From Lophium mytilinum (Eukaryota), in contig MU004200.1 in assembly GCA_010093605.1 (NCBI GenBank), positions 434,001 to 498,000 of the forward strand: 64,000 bases of DNA, read 5' to 3'. Of the stretch, positions 11,665-22,685 are shown piece after piece. The notes beneath the pieces were generated by a model. That model searched no databases. It saw only the letters and a list, made by a program, of their open reading frames with translations, and was not told the origin of the DNA. The translations under genes and the position numbers were made by a program. The first letter of the stretch is position 1; each line of letters opens with the position of its first letter.

Positions 11665-11804
11665 TGTTACGGAGTAGCGGTGAGGGCTACGGCAGGCACG
11701 TGTTACTTCTTGTATATAGCCTCACCTTCTTCCAGACTTCTCTCTCCATCATTCATTCATCCAATACATCACGTACACAGCCTACAGCTCCTTGTTCCGT
11801 GACA
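11665..11804 (+). mobile_element. Solo LTR (~140 bp) with 5-bp TSD
   Basis: Termini TGTTACGG...CCGTGACA (TG..CA with a short terminal inverted repeat), an internal TATATA box, and an exact TSD GTCAG at 11660-11664 and 11805-11809. Confidence 0.85.
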
Positions 11805-12279
11805 GTCAGAGATCGCGAATGATGGTCACTGGAGCTTTCAGCTCTCCGCTCACACCTGAGTATTCCTGGCCTAGATGTAATGATTGGCAAGTCTGCCACT
11901 ACCAAAATCAACGCAGTGGAGATATTAAGATGAACCCAGTGGAATTGCTGGAAGCGTTGGCTAGGCTCACCTATCAGAGCGAGATGGTAGCAAGATCCCC
12001 CAGAGAAGGTTCAGATGATTCCGCAGCAATGCATCGCCAATGGAATGGATTCTGTCACGTACCCAGTTGAGGAGAAGGCCAAGATGATGGTGCAGCAGTT
12101 CACCCAGTCGAGGACAAGGCCAAGATGATGGCGTCCACCTTTACTCAACAGATGGACTATGATGAGGAGAAGGCCAAGATTATCTTTCTTACTGCATCCA
12201 TACACAGGTAATGTGGTCTATTCTCGCTTCTTTATAGAACTGTCTAGCTAATTTGCGTGTAGCTGGCTTTCTTCCTGCT

Positions 12280-12520
12280 TCCACCTTCCTGCTTCACACT
12301 CTTGCCTTCATTTCTCTTACTCAATCACTCCAAATAGCGTCAACCGTTACTAAAGACTCCACCATCCTGCTTTACACTCTTGTCTCAATTTTCCATACTC
12401 AATCACTATCCATTGCTCCAAATAGCGTCCACCTTTACTCACGACTCAGCTGTGGATCAGGCCAACATGATCGCCCAGCAGTTCATCACCAATGGGATGG
12501 AATCCGCCGCGTACCTTAGA
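12280..12520 (+). pseudogene. MIAQQF-family 5' fragment with upstream region; start ATG mutated to ATA
   Basis: 12358-12520 aligns to 7929-8091. ATGGCGTCC at 7993 corresponds to ATAGCGTCC at 12422. Confidence 0.6.
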
Positions 12521-12609
12521 GGACAGGGTATAAGTCTTTGCACGCCTGTTTGCCACTATTTGGGATCCCCCGAGTAAGCAAAACTAGTGTCAAGTAGTAA
12601 TAATATTCG

Positions 12610-13520
12610 GGTGCGTGGACTTATAGCCTATTACGGTTCCAAGGTCAAAGATGACGGCAAAGCATTCTCAAAACCCCGGAGATTCTGTCTACCGACCGAT
12701 CGTTCATCATCCTCCCCCACAGACTCTAGAACTGAGCATCTACTCAGCTCGAGCAATGGCTTGAGCGCAGAGTTGAACCTCTGCTCGGCGTGAGCAAATA
12801 TCATGCAGTGGGCCTCTAAATTCAACATCTGCTCAATGCGAGCAAGAGTCATGCGGTGGGCACTGTAAGTGAAGTATATAGGATAATAGTTTACGTTAAG
12901 TTAGTTATGTAATTTTTTGGCGATATAGTAAGTGGTCTAAGACACCTCTATAAGTACTAAGAGTTTGGAACATGGAATGTAAAGGTTTGGACACTGTAAC
13001 TTAGAAAGTAGTTGTTCTGATGCCTAAAGACACGTCTTTCAATCGAAGGGATCTTCTTGTGCTAGTTAATCAGATTAATACTGGAGAAGCTCTCGTTCGA
13101 CAAGCCTGAACTTCTTATCAGCGTCCATCGTTAGGACATGCCAAACCGGCCAAGCCTCAACTGACGACCGTTTCTACAAATGATTCATCGGATTGTCCTT
13201 CAACGAGTGGTTTACCGCGGACCGCTTTTATGAGTGGTTCAACACAGACCGTTTCTACGAGTAGTTTACCGGGCTCTCTTTCGATGAGCTAGACCTGCTC
13301 AACAGCATTCATCGTCAGAACATGCCGAACCGGCCAGGTCTCTACCAGAGACCGTTTCCACGAGTGGTTCACCGGACTCTCGTTCGACGAACTTCCTAAC
13401 GCCGTGTCGAGGTGAGGTTGGTGGGCGATCAGTCGGTAGACAGAAATCTCCGGGGTTTTGAGAACGCTTTACCGGAACCTTTGATCTAAAACTGTACCAG
13501 GCCATAAGTCCACAACCCCG
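12610..13520. repeat. Inverted pair of a ~100-bp module (12610-12710 minus, 13416-13520 plus); third copy 11036-11103
   Basis: GGTGGGCGATCAGTCGGTAGACAGAAATCTCCGGGGTTTTGAGAA.GCTTT.CC occurs at 13420 and 11039, and as its reverse complement at about 12655-12705. Confidence 0.8.
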
Positions 13521-13591
13521 AGCGTTGTGAGTCCCTGGCGCTCTACGCTTGAATAAATGAACCAACCAACCGACCGACCAACCAACCGGAA

Positions 13592-13765
13592 CGAGATGGC
13601 AAGGTGCCGCGACGGAGGAGTTGGAGCGAGATAGCAAGAAGATACCGCGACGGAGGGGTTCGGAGCGAGATGGCGAAAAGACACCGCGACGGAGGGGTCG
13701 AACGAAATGGCAAAAAGATGCCGCGATGGAGGAATTGGAGCGAGATGGCAAGAAGATGGCGCGAG
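13592..13765 (+). repeat. Degenerate 35-39-bp tandem repeat (CGAGATGGCAAGAAGATGCCGCGATGGAGGGGTTGGAG) about x4.5; related copies at 8816-8886
   Basis: Units start near 13592, 13627, 13666, 13703 and 13741. Confidence 0.85.
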
Positions 13766-14379
13766 TGAAGGACACAGTACTAACGTAGAAGATGAGGTTA
13801 TTCCGCACGAGGTAGCTATTACGATTTTGAACACTAGGGAAAAGGTAATATTACGCGTTAATAGCACCATGTAGAACTATAGAACTATTGCTTTACAATA
13901 CCGTCCAAAGCGACCTTTAACTTAAAAACGTAAATCGGGCTCTAAAGACTCAAATTTTAGAAGTTGCTTAGGGTATAGATAGTCCCCTTGGGCATGATTA
14001 TATGAAAAAGCGAATATAACGTCTTGAACCTTATAATCTTAGGAAATAGCGAATATAGAGCTTTTGGCCTTGTGATGTGAGACTGCAGCTTTTGTGACGG
14101 TTATTGAGTGATTGTGTGACCTACTACGGTAATCCTGGCCGTGTGAGCTTGCGTCTTGAGAGGTGCTTGTAGGACGGGTGACGCCTCCGAGCGGTAGACT
14201 CTATTCGGCAGTGTCTCAAAGGGTCCTTTGCGTAACCGGAAGACTCTTGTAAAGTGCCCCTTAGCCTACAACCGTAACCCTCATCGTACAAGCTTCAGTT
14301 CTGCGGCGCGCTAATAGAAGGCTTTACGCCCCCGGACCGTCCATTCCAACGAGAACCCTCTTCCCCAAACTCCCTCCCT

Positions 14380-15691
14380 CTATCCCAAAAACCCCCCATC
14401 CACCCACCCCTCGGCCGCATACCCACTCCCCAACACCGTCTCAATCCCCACCGACTCCCCCAGCTCCGTCGCAAAGCTCGCCCTCGTCCCACTCGCCCCC
14501 TCCCCGCTATTCTCATACTCCCCAAACAACACATCCCCTGTGCGCTCGTCGCCCGTGTTCCAGATATGCCACCCCGCGGCGTTGATGACCTCGCTCAGCG
14601 CTGTGGACTGGAAGACGACGCGGGCGTAGGCGCCCCACGGCCGCCCGAGGTAGTAGGCGCCGGCGGTGACGGTGTTGCCGCTTGCGGCGGCGACGGTGGA
14701 GTTGTTGATGACGTAGCTGTGGGGTTTTGTTAGTAGTTATAGCGGCTGAAGCATGGAAGTTTGTGGAGGTTTGAGGGGAGGAGAGGGAGGGGGACTAGGC
14801 TGCCCGAGCCATCCTCTTGCTTGAACGACACCACTTTTAGGATTGCCCTAGCTAGGTTGTCCTCAGCCGGTCAAGCAGTAGCCAAATTCCTACTGTGTTG
14901 AATCCTCCATCCAAGAGGAAGAGAAGGAAGGAGAGAGAAGGGGAAAAGTTAAAGGAAAAGGGGGCCTACTACGATGTATCCGAACTCGAAGCCCGCCCAC
15001 TGGCCGTGATATACCCCAGCGACGCCGCAACGACTCTAAGATCACACTGCTCGAACCACGCCGACGCGTGCTGGCCGAAGATGAAGTCCGTTGCGCCCTG
15101 GATCAGGCAGCTGGCGTAGAGCTGGGATCCGGTCTGCGACAACAGGGTGTCCTGGAACCCGCGGAACTGGCAGCCGTAGTAGCCCTGGCCGGTGGCGGAG
15201 GCGCTGAGGGCGAGGGCCTGGGAGCCGGAGCCGTAGGAGTTGACCTGGGGGGAGCGGGTTAGCTGGTGCGGGAGATTGGCGGGGGAGAGGGGGGCACGCC
15301 GTACCATGTTGATGTTGTACATTTTGAAGTTCGAGGACCACGCGCGGACGGTGGCGGTTAGGTCGTTGGTGCTCACGGTGGCCTGGCTCAGTCCGTACGT
15401 GATTGTGACTTGGTTGGATGCGTAGGAGGAGGTGTCGGCGGTGTAGCCGTAGATCGTGAGAGCAGCTGAGCGGGCGGGGATGTAGACTTGTTCGTTGTAG
15501 GTGCCTGCGTTGATGAAGATGGACTGGGCGGCGGTGCTGGTGGTGCTCAACGCGTCGATGGCGGCTTGGATGGTCGAGTACTGTCCGCTAGTGGCAGACT
15601 TGCTTACCACCAATGCGCCAGACGGCGCAGAGGTTCTGCTGGCAGCAAGACATAGACTTATCAAGGAAAAGAAAACGAGTGGAATGTGCAT
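14380..15691 (-). CDS. Secreted pectin methylesterase (CE8)
   Basis: Signal peptide MHIPLVFFSLISLCLA and motifs GTYNEQV, QALALS, GFQDTL, GATDFIFG and YLGRPWG. Introns at about 15245-15303 and 14717-14969. Stop TAG at 14380-14382. Confidence 0.93.
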
Positions 15692-16701
15692 GGTGCAAAC
15701 TTGGGCCTAATTAGAAAGGAAAACGCAGAGGTGAATGTTTTCGTAATCCGTCCAAGCAGAATCGAGGTGACTTTATAGGCGTCTGAGAATGCGGAAGTGC
15801 ACTCACTCTAGTAAACAATCCATGGCAAGTAGTGGTTGAGATATATTAGGATGACGACTGAAACTTTTCCCCTCGAAGAGATAAAGAGGTAATGGGAGGG
15901 GCCCGGAGAATTTCTACCCCATAATTCTGACTGCGATCGGTCCAGAAAATATTCTCCGAGTATATTCGAAGTGGCTCATTTGCCAGGGATTTTGCCGCGC
16001 GAAAAGTTATCTGTTTGGTGGAATCAAGGTAGTGTAGGGGCCATGAATAATGACGCGGAGCAGTCGAGATTAGAAGGCGAAACAGCCGAAGCCGAGTTTC
16101 AAGCTCCACTGGCTTCAGTGACACTTTCAAATGAAAAGCGGGATCACACTAGATGTCAGTATTTAGAAACTAATCAATTAACAGTAAACCCTGGCCCAAA
16201 CTATAGCTCGAGCGCCCCCTTATCCTATTCCTCAAGAAATACCGAGACAGAGTGGCCTCCCCCGAACCGCCGCAAAAGGCGCCGAACGCCTCCCAAAGCT
16301 TCCGGCATTTGTTTCCAGCGTTGGAGTTTCCAGAGAAAGTATGAGGCAAAAGGAAATACCCAAGAGAATGGCTAGGGGTATGTATCCGCAAGAATAGAAT
16401 CAACAACGGCACTAGGCGGCACGTTTTGGTAATAGAAAGTAGCAGCAGGACAAATCGCTCAAAGGGTAAACGCTTCGCCAGCCAAGCCAGCGGATTGAGA
16501 AGACAAAACTTTCAAGGAAAGTTGAATGGAAAGGTATAGAAAAGTAATCGTAGAAGAGAAGACGCCAAGGCTCATACGCCAGCCAAATACCATGATCCGG
16601 TGATGATCTAGACCGACTGATAGGAAGAGAAAGTGTACATGTACTCAGAAACAGGAGAAACCAATCAATATCCTGTCCACGCTTGCTCTTCTTTACCCAT
16701 G

Positions 16702-19700
16702 TCATATCATTGCACTTCCTCCGGGCCCTACGCCTGCATTACTCGCAGTCCCAACTCCGCCCCCGTTCGCCACCGCTCTGTCTCTCTCCCTTTCGGCCTC
16801 CGAGTTTGTTGAGACTGCACCGCCTGTCTTTCCTCCCCGCTGCATCTCCTCATCTTCAAGATCCATCCGTTTGCGCCACGCGGCCAAGGACTCACTGAGT
16901 TCGTTCTTCTCGCTTGTTGGTGTGCGCTCAAAGTCGAAGCGATCGCTTAGGCGATAGGCTTTGTTGGTCGTCTCCCAATGACTCCTTAGAGCATCTAGCT
17001 CGGACGCTAGGTTATCCAGAGCCATGGAATTCCGCGTAGCAGCGGCAGAAGCATCCGGAGTGCTATCGCCGTCACCGTCGTTGTCGTCGTCGGTATAGAT
17101 GCTGTCGCCCGAGATACTATCGTGGCCAGGGTGGTGGTGACCGCCGTTGATGCCGATATTGGCAGCGCCAGCGGGAATCTGCGACTGGCGGCGGTAGTTG
17201 TCGACGGAGCTCTCGAACTGGTCAAGCAGCATTCGAACCCGGTTTTCAGCGTCGCGAGCGCGCTGATCGAGGATTTCGTTGGACTGACGGAGAGCCTCAA
17301 GGTCGGTGTGGGATTGTGTGGCTGCGGCTTCAAGCGCTTGGGCATGCTGGGCTGCGGTCTCGCGGTCGGTGCGGGCGGTGGCAAGCTCAGCCTGTAGAGC
17401 GCTGAGCTGAGTTTCGAGGCGGGAGACAGAGGTCGTGAGGTTCGTATGCATGGTAGCAACCTCATTGCGAAGGGATTCGCGTTCAGTCTCCCACTCGGCG
17501 GGAACTTGGGTGGTGGGGCTTTGCGAGACCTGTCTAGCTTGCGCAAGCTCCTCCTCCAATTTCGTATTCGTGCTCTTGTACCGGTCGAGCTCTTGCTTCA
17601 TCTTAGAAAGCATCTTTTCGGTACCTCGAAGGTACTTCACGGCAGCCTGGTGATCGTTGTGAAGGGCAGTGAGCTTCTCCTCCCACTCTCGGCTGACGTG
17701 GTGCTCGCGCTGCTCGAAAGTTGACCTCATCTCATCGTGCGCTTTCAGACTGGCGTCGAGTTGCTGCTCCAGTTCACGTACGCGATTGAGTTCCGGAGTC
17801 CCAAAGCGCGAATTCGGGCTGTCTAAAACACGCGAGCGCCGTGCATCGACAGGGTTGACACCTCGTTCCTCGAGTAGGTTCTTGAGAGTCTTGAGTTGCA
17901 CTTCGAGTGCATTGCTCTCGAGACGGTGTCGCTCATACTCTTGATGCAACTCGGCCTTTTCAGAATCTGAGGTCTGCATCTCGCGCATGGTCTGCTGGAG
18001 CTGCTTGCGAATGCTGAGCCCTTCACGGCTTGCCTGCTCCTGGTAAGCCTCAAGCCCGGCAATCCGTTCTTCTGCACGTCGCAGCTTGACGGCGGCGGAA
18101 TCGGCTGCATCTTGGTTCTTGCGAACCATGGCGTTTGCAGCCTCGACCTGCTGTTGAAGGATGGTGACACGCTCATCAGCAGCCTCATGTTCATCTTCAT
18201 CTCGGTCCGCGACTCTTCCTAAGCCAGAGAGAACAGCCTCTTTGTGCGTACGAGCTTCCGCGGCATGTTTCTCCGCAATTTCTTCGGTGTCTCGTAGTCT
18301 CCTCGAAGTTGTCTCGAGCTCGGTCGTGCGATCCTCGTGCTCAGCACGTAATTGAGCGAGCTTCTGTTCCAGGGTAGTGCGGTGATGTCGCTCTTCTTCG
18401 AGTTGGCGTTCAATCAGAGAGCCTTTGTCTGTAGACGCAGCCACCGCGTCACGGAGTGTCTGTAAAATGCTCGAGTGATTTCTCGCATCTTCGAGTGCCC
18501 TGCTTAGTTTCGTACTAAGCTCATTCTTGTCCACTGCAAGAAGCTGCGATGATGATCGCGCCTCTGCACCGAGAACACTCTCTTCTCTTGCGATTCTCTG
18601 GGCATCGTGCAGTTCTGCGCGGAGGCTCTCGACTTCTGAAGCTGCCTGCTGTCGGTACGAATCGAGCTCGTTGACCCGTTTCTGAGCGGCGTCTGCGGTT
18701 TCCTCCGCGAGCTGTCTTGCTTTTCGTTCGGCTTCAATGACAGCAGTCGTTTTCTCTAACTTTGCCGCCAGCGTCGTTTGGGCCGCTAGCGAAGTCGCCA
18801 ATCGCCGGCTTATTTCGTTGACGCGATCGAGTTCCGGAGTGCCAGTTCCGCGAGAACCATCGGGCTGAGGCGTCCCGGCCTGACTACCTCCGTGTGCAGC
18901 AAGCTTCGTCTTGGCATAGACAGCTTCGTTAATGGCGGCATCCCTCTGCCTCTCCACTTCAGCAATCTTGTTCGCCGCGGAGACAGCCTGTGAGTCTATG
19001 GAGCCTTGGACTTTGGCGAGCTCAGCCCTCATCTTGAGTAGTGCCTCTAGAAGTGGCCGGTCGTCGTCACCGAAAACATCTGCCGCCCGCTCGTCGAGCA
19101 TCGGACTGCTGGATGCATTTGGGTGATACCCTGCCTTGCGAGCCAGTGCAAGCTCCGAGGCATACCAGGCGTTGCGGCTCTTCGCAGCCTCTAGTTCTCG
19201 CATGAGCTCGTCGTTCTGTTGGCTCAGCGCTGGAGACGATCCCACCCCGCTGTCGATCGGGCGATGGCCTTCGCGACTCATGCCTCGTTGTTGGACGTCG
19301 AGCGAGCGTCTTGGGGTTCCTTGTTCTACGCTGTCCATCGATTGCTGTTGTCGGTGAGACATTGAGGTGTTACGTGACACTACACTTCCACTTCGTACAG
19401 CGTCAATTGACTCCTTGTGATACGATTGTGGTCCGGCTGAAGATACGTCTGATCCCTTTCTTGAAGCGTTCATAGCCTTTTCATTGTTAGCAGCGGTTTG
19501 ATACTCCGCGTCCCTGGACATGGGGCTCTCCCTGCTTGACGGGGATATGTTTTCTCTGTCGAAGCTGGCGGCTCTGCTAGTGTCAACCGATGGACCGAAC
19601 CCTCGGTTATCCTTCGTTGGTGTTTTGCTTCGACCGCTGTTGAATGACCCAGAAGTTCCGTTTGTTCTTGGTTGTGGGGCTTGCTGTAACGGAGGGGGCC

Positions 19701-21492
19701 CGGATGGTGCTTGGCCAACAGCAGCTCGAGGTAACCTGGACCCGCCACCATTGACCATTGGGGGCTCTGCTCCCCTAGGAGGAGGTTGCCCGGCAACGCT
19801 CTCTCGCGCCATAGGCCCCATGGGCCCTATGGGTCTGCTCTGGGGAATGCCACTCTTGTCACTTCCACTCATTTTTCGTGGCGCGACCATCTGCTGTGAC
19901 ATTGGTGGCTGTGTTTCATTCGCAGGATATCGTATTTTGGAGGTGTCGAGAAGATATGCCAGACTCAGTTCGCCCCGATCGCTAGGCGCTGAACTTGGCT
20001 CGCCAGCTAGAACAACCACGTGTTTCCCAAAGGCGGTCATACTGTGACCCGATCGAGCTGACGGCGAGTGGCCCATGTTCTGGAACATGTACCAACGCCG
20101 TGACGAAATCCGGAAGGCTGCTAGATCGCCGAGGTCCACACCATCCTGGGTCCGACCACCGAATATGTACATGGTGTCGTTGACAAGAGCTGCTGCATGG
20201 CCTTCTCGTGCAACCGGAATGTAACCGATGCAATCGAGTTCTGACCAGGCGTTCGTTCGTGGATCGTAGGTCCAAACGTCGTTAAACCAATTAACCCCAT
20301 CAGTCCCACCGAATCTGCAGAGAGTTAGTCGATGACTCGGTAACACAGTGTGACGTTACGTACAGATAGAGCTTGTCGTTCCACGTGACTATGGAGTGGT
20401 TTGTTCGAGCCGGTGGTGAGGATGAGGCAAGCCCGGCATCCTTGCTGTTGGGTATCAAAACTTCCCATTTGCTCGTTGCTGATTGAAGAGAGTTCAAGTC
20501 GAAGGCAACTAGATCATTGAAAAAGTGGCCTTCCACCTGTCCACCAAAGATGTATATTCTGGATCCGAGAATATTAAGCGTATGGCCGTACCGGCCAGCT
20601 GGTCTAGATCCAGCCGGCATCGCTCGCGACCAGTGTCTCGTTGCTATTATCTGTCAGCGTCATGTCAACCACACCCGCGCGAAAAGAACTTACAAGTGTT
20701 GAGGAGGTAAAGGGTATCGTCTAGCATATCTCCATCCTGCAATTTGGTATCGCCGCCGAACACAATGAATGCATTTCCGACCAGCAGACTCGAATGGCCG
20801 ACTCTAGGGCCTGGTCCGTCTCCGGTTGTAGACACAGGATAGCAGGCCATAGTGCCACTGCCAACCTCGACCAACCAAAGATCTCCTTTCACGGTGGATC
20901 CATTTACCAGGCCTCCCATTATGTATACCACGCCATCTTTGGAGGCCACCGAGTTGACAGCGGCGCCATATCGGGGGAATGGGTTCGAGGAGGTCGAGAA
21001 GTTCAATCGACGTTGCGACCATGGATATGGAGAGTCCCGCGCACCCGCAGGATTTCCTGTGGCATTTCCTGTGGCAGCCCGGGGATTCTGGAATAGTGTT
21101 AGCGATCATGTATGCAGCATTTCCCCGCCAGCAGACTCCAGCATGCGGGTCTCCGCCACTATTCTGCGACGGGCGGCGAAAGTTCGTAAACTCACCTGCA
21201 CTTCTGAATCTGACCGTTCGCGCAAAGTCTTTGGCTCCGGACCCGTGCCCGGGCCTGGACTGGATGTGGTTCGTGGATTTTGCAGAGAGCTGAGCGAGTT
21301 GTTCACGCTGCTGCCAGGAGTCGGGGTCTGGGCCGGGGGGGCGTTACGAGCCTTTTCGGGGTCCCTTATACTGACGCCATTCGGGGCGGGTATCATAGAG
21401 CCTTGGCCATGGGAAGACGATATCTCGCGGGTGGCAGGCGGGAGGGCGGTGGTAGTCTGCTGGTGCTTCTTCTTTCCGAATAAGAACGACAT
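16702..21492 (-). CDS. tea1: Kelch-repeat cell-end marker/polarity protein (Tea1/TeaA/Kel1 family)
   Basis: N-terminal kelch repeats (PFPRYGAA, PGPRVGHSS, PAGRYGHTL, PARTNHS, AREGHAA, SARSGHS), a long coiled coil, and C-terminal LASELDALRSHWE. Several short introns lie between 20316 and 21196. Confidence 0.92.
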
Positions 21493-22685
21493 GGCGGGCT
21501 CGCGCCGGGGGAGAAATCAAGGTACAATGCAGCAGCCGGTACCGCTCAGGATATCATTCAGTCGTTATACGAGAAGAGAGGTCCAGATTGGGCGCGCGAG
21601 GTGGTGCGAAGGAGGAGTGGTGCTGGGAGGGGGCTGAGAGGAATTGCTGCGACTGAGGCGCTCCGGCGGAATGACGGTCATGAACTGGGCGTGCGCATGT
21701 CTTGCAGGGCGGACACGAAGGGGCGAGGCTATCGAAGCGGGCGGAGGAACAGATTCACAAGTGCAGCGTCGAGCAGCGCAATGGGTGGTGGAGAAACGGG
21801 AGAGGGTGAGCGGGAAAGTCGAAGTTTGGGGCGTGAGAGAGGCTGGTTAGGGATCGAGCGTCCTTGGCACCGTGCTGCAGGTTGAGAACCAATTAGGCCC
21901 AACGCGACCAGACAACAGCTGCGCCCAGCACCAAGTATGCGAGGACGCGCGCGAATGGCAGGCGTGGACGCAGCAGCTGGAGAATCATCCAGCCCAGCAC
22001 GCTATTTGCAGGCGTGCAGCATCACAGCTCGTCGGTGGGCGCTGAGGGCCTCCTGGGCGGCGACGGCGCTGTGGGTTCCCCTGAAGGGATCTGCAGAGTC
22101 CTGCCTCACGACGTCTCGATTGGCTGGCACCGCGACGGCCGTGGGCGCGCGAGGAAAGGCTGCAGGGCGGCTATCTGGGGGGGCATCGGGGAATACTTTG
22201 GCCATGGTTGCGGCGGGCATGCTGGGGAGCGCATGGAGCCCGCCGGGGAAGGCTGTCTTTGCTGTCTTTCTGGGGACACGGCCTGCATATTTGGCCCTTC
22301 AGCCTCGCACACGTTGCCCGCATACACTATACACAGCCTGTAGCCATGCCATGACGAAAGTCGCCTCTGCTCTCACCCGCAACACGGAGGCAGGCCTGGC
22401 TCCTGGACAGGCCTGGCAGGCGGCCGGCAGCACGATTTGGCTAACCGCAAGTCGACTCGGCTTGCCGTCCACTGCTCTCTCGGGCCGTGCATTGCTCACC
22501 GCCCGGCAGTTCGCGGAGAGCTTCGATGCTGCAACGCAAACCTCAGACGTCTGCATCCGCTCACCGGCTGCACCAGGCCTGCACATCGCAGAGCGTCCGC
22601 TGTCACCCAAGCTGCAACATCCGCCCGTCCGCGGTGACGATATGGGCCCGCACAACTGCCCGGCTCCCTCCTCGACCCTCTCACC

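Larger units (their letters stand above)
11395..11859 (+). pseudogene. MIAQQF-family ORF copy interrupted by two solo LTRs and by stop codons
   Basis: Reads MIAQQFIANGLDSNPTMFD*ETHRMVIARVE*M [LTR] FNSGVMS [LTR] EIANDGHWSFQLSAHT*, colinear with the 8120-8360 copy. Confidence 0.6.

Noticed and set aside
11494..11804. Single 310-bp hairpin/MITE or miRNA-like precursor
   Set aside because: Separate TSDs and host-derived sequence in the 'loop' favour two inverted solo LTRs.
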